64,000 nucleotides of DNA from Octopus sinensis. Its lineage: Eukaryota. The notes beneath the pieces were generated by a model. That model searched no databases and had not been told where the DNA came from. It saw nothing but the letters and a program-made list of their open reading frames with translations. Of the stretch, positions 51,728 to 64,000 are shown one piece after another (positions within the stretch are counted from its first letter, which is position 1; every line of letters starts with the position of its first letter). Location of the stretch: NCBI RefSeq assembly GCF_006345805.1, contig NC_042999.1:16678001-16742000 (forward strand). Direction: 5' to 3'. The position numbers were made by a program, and so were the translations under genes.

Positions 51728-52122
51728 GTTGTCAAACAGGGTGCGTCCCCAAAGTCCATCCCCTCCTCACCGTGGTGGCAACGGGTAGTGTCAGAGCTAT
51801 GCCGTCAGGAACTTCGGTTCCTGGTAGGGCCACCCAAGGCGGAATGGTTTGACACCGAGTGGTATTAGGGCCACAATCCGGCAGACGGGGCTCTGCTGAA
51901 AATCCTCGGAGTGTCTGCTTCGGCAACCTGCGGCTCCTCGATCATTCTGTCCCTGCGTCTGCGGACAGTCTGCGGCAAACAGGATATCTCCACATGCGGG
52001 ATTGTTGGGGACCGCTTGTGAAATCCACATATTCCCACGAAACTTCTTCTATGAGTAGAAGAAGCCGACTCAACTCGCCCAGGGTGAATGTCACCACAAG
52101 TACAATTAAGTCAAACAGGGTG
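51728..52122 (+). mobile_element. GC-rich 5' UTR fragment of an RTE-clade LINE (candidate HDV-like ribozyme)
   Basis: GAGCTATG..hairpin..CTGGTAGGG.C.CCCA resembles Rex3/Expander 5' UTRs (recalled, not searched); GTCAAACAGGGTG repeated at 51731 and 52110. Confidence 0.55.
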
Positions 52123-53098
52123 GCGACTTAGATCAATCATTCGAGAAGAATCATATTTTATTCGACAGGTTTAGCAATGCGTCCAGCTTTTTGATATTTA
52201 AAAATATATCTTGGAGTTATTTGGGGCTATGGTAGAAACATTTGTTCTACAGTTATATTACAGCTAATTCCATCAGACTGGGAATCCAAATTCATGACCA
52301 CTTTAAATATGTACACCTTTTTATATAATTGCAGTGGAATAATCTTTGTACATTTTTTCACGAGAGCAGAATCAGAAACTGCTAAATGAACATTTTAATC
52401 ATTAAACGAAGCATTAATAACTTAAGTAGGAAAGAAAAAAATAATGAGGCATTTAAACAGCGGCCACCATCAACGGTAAGCTCAATGAGCTGATAAGTGC
52501 TTGTTGATATTTAATGCGATTTCGAGAACTGTGTGTGTATTTGTGTGTGTTTGTGTAGTGGTGATATGGCGGTCTTCTGGATACAGTTATGTTATTGCTC
52601 TAGATAGAATATACTGATTTGAATTACCATTAATTTAAATAGACATACATAATTCGTTATCAACGACAGTTTCATCTAGCGTGTAATATTTACTTTGTCG
52701 TTCCTGTGCGTAATATTTCTCTCAGTTCCTGGTTCTTCATAATCTATCTATCTATATATTGGTATGAAGGAATTGTTTCTAAGTTTATTAATAAACTATG
52801 GAAGAATTTCTTCATTCCTTCCTTGCCACTATAACAGACCAAAAGTTCACAGACACTTATGTCCCTTCCCTCGTTGCAGTTTCCTTGTCGCTTTTTGTCG
52901 TTTGTTTTCTCATTCTTTCTCTCTTTTCTTCAAAAAGCAACCACATTATGTCGTGAGTCTGAACAGTTGCCCAATAATACACAGCACGCTACTAAGCTCA
53001 CCCAAATTGTAAGCATGAAATTTATAGTAGCTCAATTTCAAATGCTGTGTGTATTAAATTATCTCTCTCTCTTCCTCTCTCTTCCTCTCCCTCCCTCC

Positions 53099-53156
<58 letters not shown>

Positions 53157-53230
53157 CCATGTTGATTCGCTAGCTTCTGCACGCATTTTTTTCTCTCCTT
53201 GTTTCTTTCTTTCTGTGTTTCTTTTCTGTG

Positions 53231-53270
53231 TATCTTTCTGTTGAAGAACGTAGGCTCGAAACGTAAAAGA
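53231..53270 (+). ncRNA. Family 2 hammerhead (one stem II mismatch)
   Basis: TCTTT-CTGTTGA-A-GAAC-GTAG-GCTC-GAAAC-GTA-AAAGA. Confidence 0.5.
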
Positions 53271-53362
53271 CTTGTTTTATTTCTATTCCTGAGCGCCATA
53301 CTGTATTTCACCTGCCTTCGTCTTTTGTTATTTTCATAAAGCTTCCGGTTATATATATTTAG

Positions 53363-53425
<63 letters not shown>

Positions 53426-53483
53426 TATATATATAAATTATATATATATATCTGTAAATATAATATGAGACAATTATTCGGTA

Positions 53484-53554
53484 GCCATGATAAAACTCCG
53501 AGTTTCGGATGCCGAGGTGGAAATCCACACCGCCATCTCTTCAGTTATCCGGCC
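53484..53554 (-). ncRNA. Family 1 hammerhead
   Basis: GATAA-CTGAAGA-GATG..GTGG-ATTT-CCAC..CATC-C-GAAAC-TCGGA-GTT-TTATC on the minus strand. Confidence 0.72.
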
Positions 53555-56500
53555 AACGAAAAAATTCTATGAAAATGACCGTTAAACAAAGGGAAATTAC
53601 TGTGTGAACTATTAGAATAACCGCTAAGTGAGAGGAGGGAGTAAAAACGTTCATAGTATTCCCGTAAGCACGCATGTCCAGACCTAGACATGCGCGCCCG
53701 CACACCCACGTACATGCTACAACAAGTGTATACTCATCTACCCTCACTTTAAACACACACATGCTCACACACACATGCTCACACACACATGCTCACACAC
53801 ACATGCTCACACACACATTCGCCAAAAAAATATATAATACCCGCATAGACGCTAGCACACACACGTGCACAAAAAAGGTTCATACACACGTCTATATACG
53901 GACATGCACAAGTAAAAACAGGGCTAAAGGCAATATACAGAAAAATGTATAAAAAAGGGTAAAAATAAGCAGTAAGAGTAAAGCACGTTTATATACGCAC
54001 ATACCCGTATGAACGCACACATTCACGTCTATATACACGCACACCCGCACACATCTATATAGACGCGCACACACACACGCACAAAAAAAATTCATACACA
54101 TGATATATATATATATATATCATTTAATATACAGAGTATTTATATGGAGTGTTCGAGCTTCGAGCTACATTTGTGGGTTTGCATATTTGCATAAAAGAAG
54201 AAAAGAATATTCCATCCAAAGATGGAAGTATTTTAGAAAAATCAAAATATATCACTTAGATTAGGGTTGTGAGATAAACCGCTTTCAGCTTCCACTACGG
54301 CCTCAGGGGGACAAAACCATCTTAATAAAAACAAACGCCGTGGAACACATAAACAGGTGCCTATTTAGATATGAGAAAAGATAAACTTTCACTCTGCTTA
54401 TAGAAACTTGACTCAACGAAAGATGGAAAATGTGTTAGCTGAATGAAGAAGAGATTTCTATTGTACTATAGGCTGGTACGGAATTAAGTTGACTCAACCT
54501 TGGCTCAAGGAGTCATGCGAGGTTTGGTTAGATGAATGAAACGAATGTTGCTCTATGACTATCAGTTGGTAATATATTCAGTTGAGCATAGCGGAGGGTC
54601 ATTAAATGAAACGCCTTGCTCTATGGCTCGGACAACGGTCGATCCAATCCAGAAATTGAAGCCACAAATTTATGATTATCAGGCCTTAACTCTATCCTCT
54701 AGGCTACGAAAAATCACGGATACGTGGATATGTATGAAAGGTATACATGTAGTTTCTCTGGTATGCAAAACAGAGGAATGTTCACACTTAAGACGCGTTT
54801 GTTCAAACCTCTGCACCACTTGACATTTTAGCGATCTTTTAGCCCACTAATTTAATATAATGTCCGGTCATCCTTCGATAGCTGCAGGAACTAATCCAGT
54901 GAGAAATTACAACAATTCGCATGTGTTTTCGAAGCCTTCATGTACATGGTACATTTATTCCAATCCGAGAGGGGAGCATTCATACACAGCTTGTATATTA
55001 ACATTTAACGGAACAGAATGGAAGTTGAATAAGAAAAGGTTTTCGTCTTGTCGCCTTCCATGACTGGTATAGTGGATTCGACTCAATTCAAATCAACGCG
55101 GGGTAGTCCAGTGGCAGGAACAGAGAGGGATACGATGCAGTTAGCAGCAGGTTGCTTTGGACAGCAAAAGAGGCCGTTCTTGGCTCTGCGTGTCTTTTCA
55201 TCCCTATCTCACGAGCGCCACCTCGTAGTTAACGATGTGACCAGGGAAGATAACTCTAGATGACCCACATTAAGACATCAAGCAAAAAAGAAAGTAAAAA
55301 CAAAAAAAACAACAACTATATTAAAAAATGTTAATGACATGTAGATCATAACTAGTGATACCTTTTGCATTAGCAAAAACTAATTTCAATCGATAAAAGT
55401 TAAACATGTAATATTAGTTGTAGTATGGAGACAACTGCTGTGACAACGCGTAGCTGCATCCATTACTTGTTTTTTAATTTCCTAATTCTGGTGGATGACG
55501 CATTTGTGCCAATCAGGTGACAACGCTTCAACCTAAAGGTCTGGTGAGGATTTTACGAGGTCAGTATGCAAATCCTATTTCATCTTTATTTAGTCGCCTT
55601 TCATAACACGCAGAGGAACCGTTAGGTGAAATTCTTTGACACGCCATCCACACACAACACAAATATGTAATGATGAGAAAATGTTACTAGCACTAGTGAA
55701 AATTCTTGCAAAGAATGGCAAGGGAGACAATTTTATTGCGTAAATTTATCAAATATTAAATGAAAATATATTATGAGAATTTCGTTTATTATGCTCTATT
55801 GTGATTTAAAGTCAATCTTGCTTTGCTGTTGGATTTATTTTTCGCCACACATTTAATATCCATAACAGAATTAAGAGCTGTATGTTAGACACGATCGATA
55901 GCGTATGCAACCCTTGAGGGTACCCACTGCTTCCATCACATATAAATTCTGGAATGAAATTGAAAAGGAATCCAGTATATTACAATAAGTTATGGATTTT
56001 CGATAGAAGGATGTAATACTAATATGCCACATGTAAAGATTTCAAATAAGAAGTTTGCTGATAACATATGTGTAATGTTAATTTCGCATATTATATTAGT
56101 TGCATAAAATATTTTTCAATACATTTGAGATAAGTTTTCGGTTTATTGTTTGTATATTCTGTCAGAAATATTTTAGGATTTTGTAATAAATTCACACTAC
56201 TGTTATGACTGTTATGAATATAGATTATATAATCTTTTTTTTTTATATTCCTTGATTAGATACTGTTAAACACATTCATCAGCCTTTGTAATACTGATGC
56301 ATTCGAGATTGTAGCTATACCAACGCAATCAGGTTTCTCTACATACAGACGCATCTGAAAATACCATATATATGCAGAAACAAGCGCTCACTCTCACACA
56401 TACACACAATCATACATACACACAAATGCGCATACCCATATAAACACAGAGCCATACATACAAAGATCTACATAAGACATTTGAGTGGAACCCGGGCCGT

Positions 56501-57042
56501 GTTAAGGTGAGGGCGTGTTGGACAGTTCCCTGGGTCCTCTCTTGTTCAAGGGAGCAATTCTGATCTGTGTATGTTTTGGGTTGCTGTCAATAGAAAATAC
56601 TATTGGGCCCAGAGCATTGGTTTGTCCGGGGGTCTTATAAATCTGCTAACAGAGCCCAGACTGGAACTTCTAATTTCAACTTGGATTGTTGAAACAAAGA
56701 AATCTTTACATTTATACATATCTGTATTTTTTCTTTTATCAGAAAAAGCAATGTTTTTACTATTCCAGGATCACTGATTGAACCCTTTTTGTAGATAGAA
56801 TTATTTTATGATTAAAAGCAGAGGAAAGAAAGTGAAAAACAAAAGGGCAAAAGATACAAAATAAGAGACCAAGAAGACAAGATATGAAGGACTGGTTTAT
56901 CAAAATGAAAAAGTTAAATGAGAAATGCTTTGAGAAATGAAAGGAAAAAGAGGTCACTTGACATACATGTGGATCTAGATTTAATGGTACTGCTGACATA
57001 GATGGGAAGTAAATGAGTTAGTATGTAAGTGTATATAAATGG

Positions 57043-57240
57043 ATGTTTCAGTCATTTGACTGTGTCCATGATGGAGCACCACCTTTAATCGAATTAATTG
57101 ACCTCAGGAAATATCTTTGTAAGCCTTGTACTTATTCTATCGGTCTCCTTTGCCGAACAGCTTAGTTACGAAGCGTAAACACACCAATATCGGTTGTCAA
57201 GCGTTGGTGGGGGGATAAACGCAGACACACAAATACATAC
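57043..57240 (-). mobile_element. SINE family A, 3' half
   Basis: Consensus match. Confidence 0.8.
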
Positions 57241-57266
57241 ATATCTGCATATATGTGTGTATATAG

Positions 57267-57304
<38 letters not shown>

Positions 57305-58034
57305 GTGTGCGTGTGTGTGTTTGGATATGTGTGTATGTATGAGTAGGTACATACATATATGTTTGTGTGTGTGTGCGTGTACGTATATGCCTACATGTTT
57401 GTGTGAGTGTGTACATATGTAGACGTTGTGAACGCAGGAGATTTATGTCTATGTATTATGAGAATATGGTGGCGTGGATTTTTGTCTTTTTTCTTTTTTT
57501 TCCAACTACTTGAGTTACTTCCCTTTTACTTAACGCTTTTGCCATTAATAGCTGATGAGAATGTACCGTAGCTCTTCGCTCCGACATTCGAAACTACGAG
57601 TACTATAATGACAACCATTTAATGTTTGTTCTAGATTATAACATATATAAATAAACCTCTATTTATCTAATATGGAGGTCTCATTCTTATGTTGTTACAT
57701 TTTATAATTATTATTACACACACTCACAAACACGCACACACACACATATATATATATAATATATATACATATATATGTGTATATGTATGTGTGTGTATGT
57801 ATAGATTTATATACGTGAGTGCGTATGGAAAGGTAAGTGCCATTGTTCATGTGTTTAAGTATATTTAAGTGTTCTGCTCGCGATGGAGGTTTTACACTAT
57901 TATGCTCAAACGCGTACGAGCAAAAATAATGTTGACAATCATGCATATACATATAGAAATAAGAGGTTTCCGAATATAAAAATACCTCTATACATAAACA
58001 CTTACAGTTTTGTACTCATTCAAGAGAACTACTC

Positions 58035-58245
58035 AAAGCATTTAATATTGTAAGGGATTTAGGGGAAATTGTTGACAGCAATCTCGGCTGGAGTGCTTAT
58101 ATCAGCAGTAACGTCGATATCGCTCGCAGGATGAGTTCATGGATTCGGAGAATATTGCGGACCAGAGATTAAGATATCATTGCCCCTACCTTTTCTCCTT
58201 TGTATGGTCACACCAATAATACTGCTACCCTTCTGGTAGATAAAA
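58035..58245 (+). mobile_element. CR1-group LINE fragment, degenerate
   Basis: VRDLGEIVDSNLGWSAYIS..ARRMSSWIRRILRTRD. Confidence 0.7.
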
Positions 58246-58284
58246 CTTACTTGGAAAAGGATGCGTGGCATTCGATCATATAAT

Positions 58285-58495
58285 TACTCTTTTACTTGTT
58301 TCAGTCATGTGACTGTGGCCATGCTGGAGCACCGCCTTTAGTCGATCAAATCGACCCCAGGACTTATTCTTTGTAGGCCTAGTGCATATTCTATCGGTCT
58401 CTTTTTTGCCGAACTGCTAAGTTACGGGGATGTAAACACACCAACATCGGTTGTCAAGCGATTTTGGGAGGACAAATACAGACACACAAACACGC

Positions 58496-58533
<38 letters not shown>

Positions 58534-58686
58534 CATATATACGACGGGCTTCTTTCAGTTTCCGTCTACCAAATCCACTCACAAGGCTTTGGTCGGCCCG
58601 AGGCTATTTACCAAGGTGCCACGAAGTGGGGACTGAACCCGGAACCATGTGGTTCGTAAGCAAGCTACTTACCACACAGCCACTCC
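58285..58686 (-). mobile_element. SINE family A
   Basis: Consensus match with a short internal deletion. Confidence 0.9.
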
Positions 58687-58989
58687 ACTGTTATAATAAT
58701 ATAAGAAAATATATAAATATATGCATATATATATATATACATACATATATGTACACACCTACATATATATGTATATATACATGCATATCTGGGTACAGGA
58801 GATCAAAAAAAAAAACGTGGAAGACAATGAGAAACGAAAACATAACAAAAACATAGAAACGAACTTTTTTTCAAGAAACGAAAAAACGAAAAAAGAAAAG
58901 GAGTAGACAAGGATTATTCCCCTTCTTCGATTGTCCCTGTTTCGTCTACGCGGTGGAGACAAGGCCGTCCCTTTGAAATACAGGCACAA

Positions 58990-59120
58990 TTCATTTTTAC
59001 CAGCTGAGTGGACTGGAGCAACGTGAAATGAAGTGTCTTGCTCAAGGACAAAACGCGTCGCTGAGAATCGAACTCACAACCTTACAATTGTGAGCCAAAT
59101 GCCTTAACCATTAAGCCACA
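58990..59120 (-). mobile_element. CORE-like SINE, 5' part
   Basis: CAGCTGAGTGGACTGGAGCAACGTGAAATGAAGTGTCTTGCTCAAGGAC..GAATCGAACTC. Confidence 0.75.
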
Positions 59121-60261
59121 CACAATATATGTGCGTGTGTGGGTTTTACGGTGCCGTAACTTAGCAAATGCGATCGCCCGAATAAGTATCAGGCTTAGAA
59201 AAAATATATATAAATATGGAAAGAAGAGGTGTATTCCCACGCAGAGAGAGAGGGAGAAAGAGAGAGAAAGAGAGAGAGAGAAAGGAAGAGAGAGTGAGAG
59301 AGTGAGAGAGGATTGGCATATATGCATGTACAGAAAAATTTATTTAATTCGTTACTTAGGAATATTCAGCTACTCATACTGTTTTCGTTTCTTACGATAA
59401 TACTGGCGTTAGCTTTCCATTTTCCATTTTCTTATGTATTCTTCTATATCAACTTTCCAGTAATCCCTTTATTTTTAGAAGCCGACAATTCTTCCCTCTC
59501 TACGCTTGAAAGCATCGATCTGACCTTGTAACTCAATATTTTTTTATCACTTGTAGCATCGAAGAAAATGTAGAACACTCTCTCTCTTACACAATTACTT
59601 TGATAAAACAGAAATCTTTTCATACTTGAAAGCATGTTTTGGGTATGTCGTCTCCAAAGCGGGAGTAACAATAGGTTTGTCCACAAAAAATAAAATGCAT
59701 GAGAAACATGGAATTAATGAAAAAATAAAATAAACGTAGTATTATATTCAATATGGGGATTGGTTTAGTAAATATGTAGTCAGATTTCTCCAAACGTAGT
59801 CAACACATGTTTAATATAAGACACATGTAAGCTAACATAACTAAATAAAATATTTCAGATATGGTATAATGGTTACATAGTGGAACATAATGCATTAAGT
59901 TATTCACTTAGATCAATATTTTATTAATGCTACTCATCTCGCTCCCTTAACTTTACGAAGCTTGGGATATAAGAATATCTTGTGAATATATCATGTATCC
60001 TGCGTATGGCGATAGAGATAGGGAATGTAGTGAAAATAACGTTAATGTGGGCTCATTTGCTTCGAAAATATTAATTTCTTGTTTTGTTTCGGGAGCATCG
60101 TAACACCAGTAATAATAATAGCAAACGCACTGGTTCAATATAAGTTCTTTATTCAACTGGTTAAATATCTAACCACATAACTATTCTATCGTTATGGTAC
60201 TTAATTTATTGACCCAGAAAAGATGAAAGGCAAAGTCGACTTCGGCAGAATTTGAACTCAG

Positions 60262-60292
<31 letters not shown>

Positions 60293-60293
60293 C

Positions 60294-60447
60294 TAAAGGC
60301 ATTACTACTCGTAAATGCCTCTCGCTATGAGGGACTCTTAAAGTCAAAACTACCATAATAAATAGTGTACTGAACACGTTAGTTCCACTGAATTTATTAT
60401 GGTACTTTTGACTTTAAGAGACCCTCATACGTGTAGTAATACCCTTA
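60294..60447. repeat. Fold-back element of about 155 bp
   Basis: Arms 60326-60363 / 60392-60429 (36 of 38 matching) plus outer imperfect 15-bp arms. Confidence 0.85.
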
Positions 60448-61638
60448 ATATAAATAAATATATTTAAAGGGAATAATTATAATTTTTCCCTCATGAGGTT
60501 TTCACGCTGACTACTTGATAAATTCTTATAATGATTTTATCCTATTTTCAAATTATATATATTTATTGTTTCAGTTTTCGCACATCAAATCCACTCCCTA
60601 AGGGTTAGTCGGCCGGAGGCTCTACTTGGGCGAGGTGCCGGACAGTGAGACTAAAGCCGGACCATGTGGATGAGAAGCAAACTTCTTACTAAATAGCCAC
60701 ACATTTATATTGGCATTCATATACATACAGAAATAGATGAGTGAATATATATATATATATAGATATAAATACAAGTATATACATTTTTATACAAACACAC
60801 ACATACACGTACACGCATACACACACATATATACATATATAATTACATGCATATGTGTAAATATTTATAAATATATATGTACATATACGTATATATGTAT
60901 ATGTATATGTGTATACATATATGTGTGTGTATGAATTTATGTTTGTGTGTGTATTTTCAGTCATATTTTTATTGAATTCATTTAGTATAGATTTGTAGCA
61001 CCTGGAGATTTGCTTATTCAATATAACATACGACACATTAGTATAAACTTATACATTTATTATATGAAATGTTTAGTTCTAGTTCTGTAATTCTTTTGAA
61101 ATTCTAATCCTTTCGGGAATGTCAATTTCGATTTACTCATAATCATTTACTATCATTTCCCCCTTTGAATGTTACGTATTCATCAATTGGTACATTATTT
61201 ATGATAGATTTTTTTTTAATGTTCTCGTTTTAATACTTAATATATACCATCAGACATTCTCTTATCCGCCATTTTTAAACATACGAAAATACTTTACCTC
61301 TTACATTTATACTTAAAGAATGCAAAACTTGTTTTATTTTAATATATGAATATTAATGTCATTTTCTGCGCCGCTTCTGTATTTCTGAATTTGTAAAAAT
61401 TTTACTCCCTATTTCCAGAAATTTTCGTTTCAATATAATTGTATTAAGTAAGAAACCCTTTATTTACTTTGACATTAACTTTATAACAGAATATATTCTT
61501 AGCAAAATATTCTTGAAGCCTTTCATACACAGAAATCTAATTAGAGTATTTCCTTTAACTACTTTTCCTAATTGACCTGAAGTTGCTTCCTTCTTTGAAT
61601 CGTAATAATCATTTAAAATATAATACTTTTCATATATG

Positions 61639-61696
<58 letters not shown>

Positions 61697-61861
61697 TATA
61701 TATACATAGATAGATAGATTGATAGACAGATATATAGATACAAGAATATATATATAAATACATATACATATAGATGTATATATATATGTGTATATATATC
61801 TATAAATTCATATATATATATAATATATATGTGTATGTGTGTGTGTGTATCGAGTCGGAAA

Positions 61862-62052
61862 AGAGACAGATCTAATGCATACAAATTAATTTATTAATAA
61901 TCAAACACATTCACCAACAATTGTTTCATTTCACAGGCAGATTCATAATTCCAATGTTTTGTAATTTTAATTTTGCATGTGAAATGAAACAGTTGTTGGT
62001 GAATGCGTTTGATTAATTAATAAATGAATTTGTATCCATTTGATCTCTCTGT
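61862..62052. repeat. Fold-back element with imperfect arms of about 74 bp
   Basis: 61862-61935 pairs with 61978-62052. Confidence 0.85.
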
Positions 62053-62288
62053 TTTCTATCTCGATAAAATATGTTTGATATTTTACGACATTCTATTTAA
62101 TATATTTATTGAAGAATTATTACTTCAAAGTTTAATTTATAAATCAATCTATCTGGGATAAGTAAACCCTAAGAGGTTTAAATATCCTCATTATGACGAT
62201 ACTATTCACACAAATATAGTATATATATGTGCATATATACATACAGATATGTATATATATATTATATATATATATATATATTATATAT

Positions 62289-62333
<45 letters not shown>

Positions 62334-62457
62334 CATATATATATATGTATATATACATGCATTTATATATAGTGAGAATTTATAAAAAAACAAAAGACGA
62401 AGACGGGTGTGTAAACAACAAACAGATATATTAGTTTACGCTCGGGATGTGAGAAAG

Positions 62458-62496
62458 TCTTTTACATTTCGAACCTATGCTCTTCGACAGAAAGGA
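62458..62496 (-). ncRNA. Family 2 hammerhead, degenerate
   Basis: CTTT-CTGTCGA-A-GAGC-ATAG-GTTC-GAAAT-GTA-AAAGA. Confidence 0.45.
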
Positions 62497-62576
62497 ACAC
62501 AGAAATAAACAGGGAGAGAGAAAACAAGAAATGGCGAATTTTCATATACATTTATTTATATATATATTATACATAC

Positions 62577-62657
<81 letters not shown>

Positions 62658-62903
62658 CTATATATAATACATAACTAGATATATATATGTATAGTTATGT
62701 ATATACATATATAGTATATATTGGTATATATACATACATTAATATATAGGTATATATTGGAATTAAATTTGTTGGGACACTTTCAGAAACCTTTTCTTTG
62801 GAAAATGATATAAACAGGGTCCTCTTGAAGCTCAAACACTTTTCGACATGCATTCTGTGGTAATATTGTATTCTGCTTTGCGTAACTGTGAAGAACGTAT
62901 GTA

Positions 62904-63550
62904 CAGGGGATGGACAAAATTATGGAAACACCAAGCATCATGGCATCATAATTTGAAATATGTATAAAACCGTCAAAATCTTGTTTACTTTTATGTTTTT
63001 TGATTTATTATTAGTGTTCCTTAATATGTTCTTCCAACTGTTAAAGATGGAGGAGAATCTGTAATGAACTGGGGATCTATACCTTGGAAATCCACCGGTC
63101 CAATCGTTTCCCAACATGGCAGAATTAATAGTCAAGACTATTTAAGTATTTTATCTGATCAAATTCATCCTATCGTTGCGGAACTGATTCCGGAGGGAAA
63201 CTCAATTATTCAGGATGATAATGCACCAATTCCCACTGCTAAAGATGTTACTGAATGGCACAAAGAACATTCTAGTGAGGTTGGACATCTTATCTGGCAA
63301 CCACAGTCCCCAGGTCTCAATATTACTGAACACGTAAGGAGTCGATACCTTCCACCATCATCACTACAAGAACTGGAGACTCTTTTAGCTGAAGAATGGG
63401 CAAAAATTCCTTTGGAAACAATTCAAACTTTGTACAAGTCTATACCTCGTAGAATTCAAGCTGTAATCACTGCCAAATGCGGTTCTATCCTATGTTAAAA
63501 TAAATTTGTTTGAAATTTTAAGGTGTTTCCATTATTTTGTCCAACCCCTG
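62904..63550 (+). mobile_element. Internally deleted Tc1-like transposon (647 bp) with a TA target-site duplication
   Basis: 29-bp TIRs CAGGGGATGGACAAAATTATGGAAACACC / GGTGTTTCCATTATTTTGTCCAACCCCTG flanked by TA; TVKDGGESVMNWG, QDDNAP, QSPGLNITE. Confidence 0.93.
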
Positions 63551-63624
63551 TACATTCTCTTTCGTTCTATTGGGAACCGCTTTATCCTCACTAGAACGAT
63601 CGGTAAGAGCGAGGTATTTGAATC

Positions 63625-64000
63625 TCTAATTAGACATTTCCTTTATGCCGACAACTGACAACTGTGAATTGATATTTCATAGTGAGAACAATTTAGAGAA
63701 CCTTATGAAAGCATTTGACGTCATTGGATTTACAATTATTGCTAAGACATCTATAGTAATTGATCAAACCACACCTAGGTAGGCCCTTACGTTTCCTGAA
63801 TTATATGTGATGGATAAAATGTTAACTGCAGTTGGCTCCTTTAAATTATTCGGCAGAGTGGTCAGCTCCAAAGGAAATTTGGGCATAGAAATTACATCTC
63901 GATTGAAAATACAGCAAAGTCTTGTTGTGGCCATCGGAATCGTTTGTGGGTACAACAATATTTTAAAGTCGGCACAAAAGTTTTGGTTCATCGTGCATTT
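63625..64000 (+). mobile_element. RTE-clade LINE RT fragment, degenerate, runs off the window
   Basis: RHFLYADN (YADD-like), then GFTI.AKT.V..Q and remnants of FxYLGS and EITSRL. Confidence 0.6.

Overview
AT-rich, microsatellite-dense eukaryotic DNA that looks intronic or intergenic. The SINE families and repeat landscape suggest an octopus (cephalopod) genome; this is inference. No intact host protein-coding gene could be supported, and most ORF-track entries are translated microsatellites or SINEs. The window is a mosaic of four tRNA-derived SINE families (here A, B, C and a CORE-like one), an unclassified (AAT)n-embedded element (D), and fragments of CR1-, RTE- and R4/Dong-type LINEs. It also holds mariner, Tc1, pogo and hAT DNA-transposon relics and Helitron/DINE-like elements. 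The main highlight is a very young, 5'-truncated Penelope-like retroelement (about 19150-22236, minus strand; RT thumb plus GIY-YIG) with 550-bp inverted terminal arms, each carrying an intact-looking type I hammerhead ribozyme. At least six more hammerhead motifs from three other families sit beside microsatellites, three of them sharing a non-canonical CUGUYGA core. A second Penelope 3' end is fused to a tRNA-like Pol III promoter plus a hammerhead, and an RTE-like 5' UTR contains a candidate HDV-like ribozyme. All structures were read and folded by eye, and boundaries are approximate to within about 10 bp unless stated.
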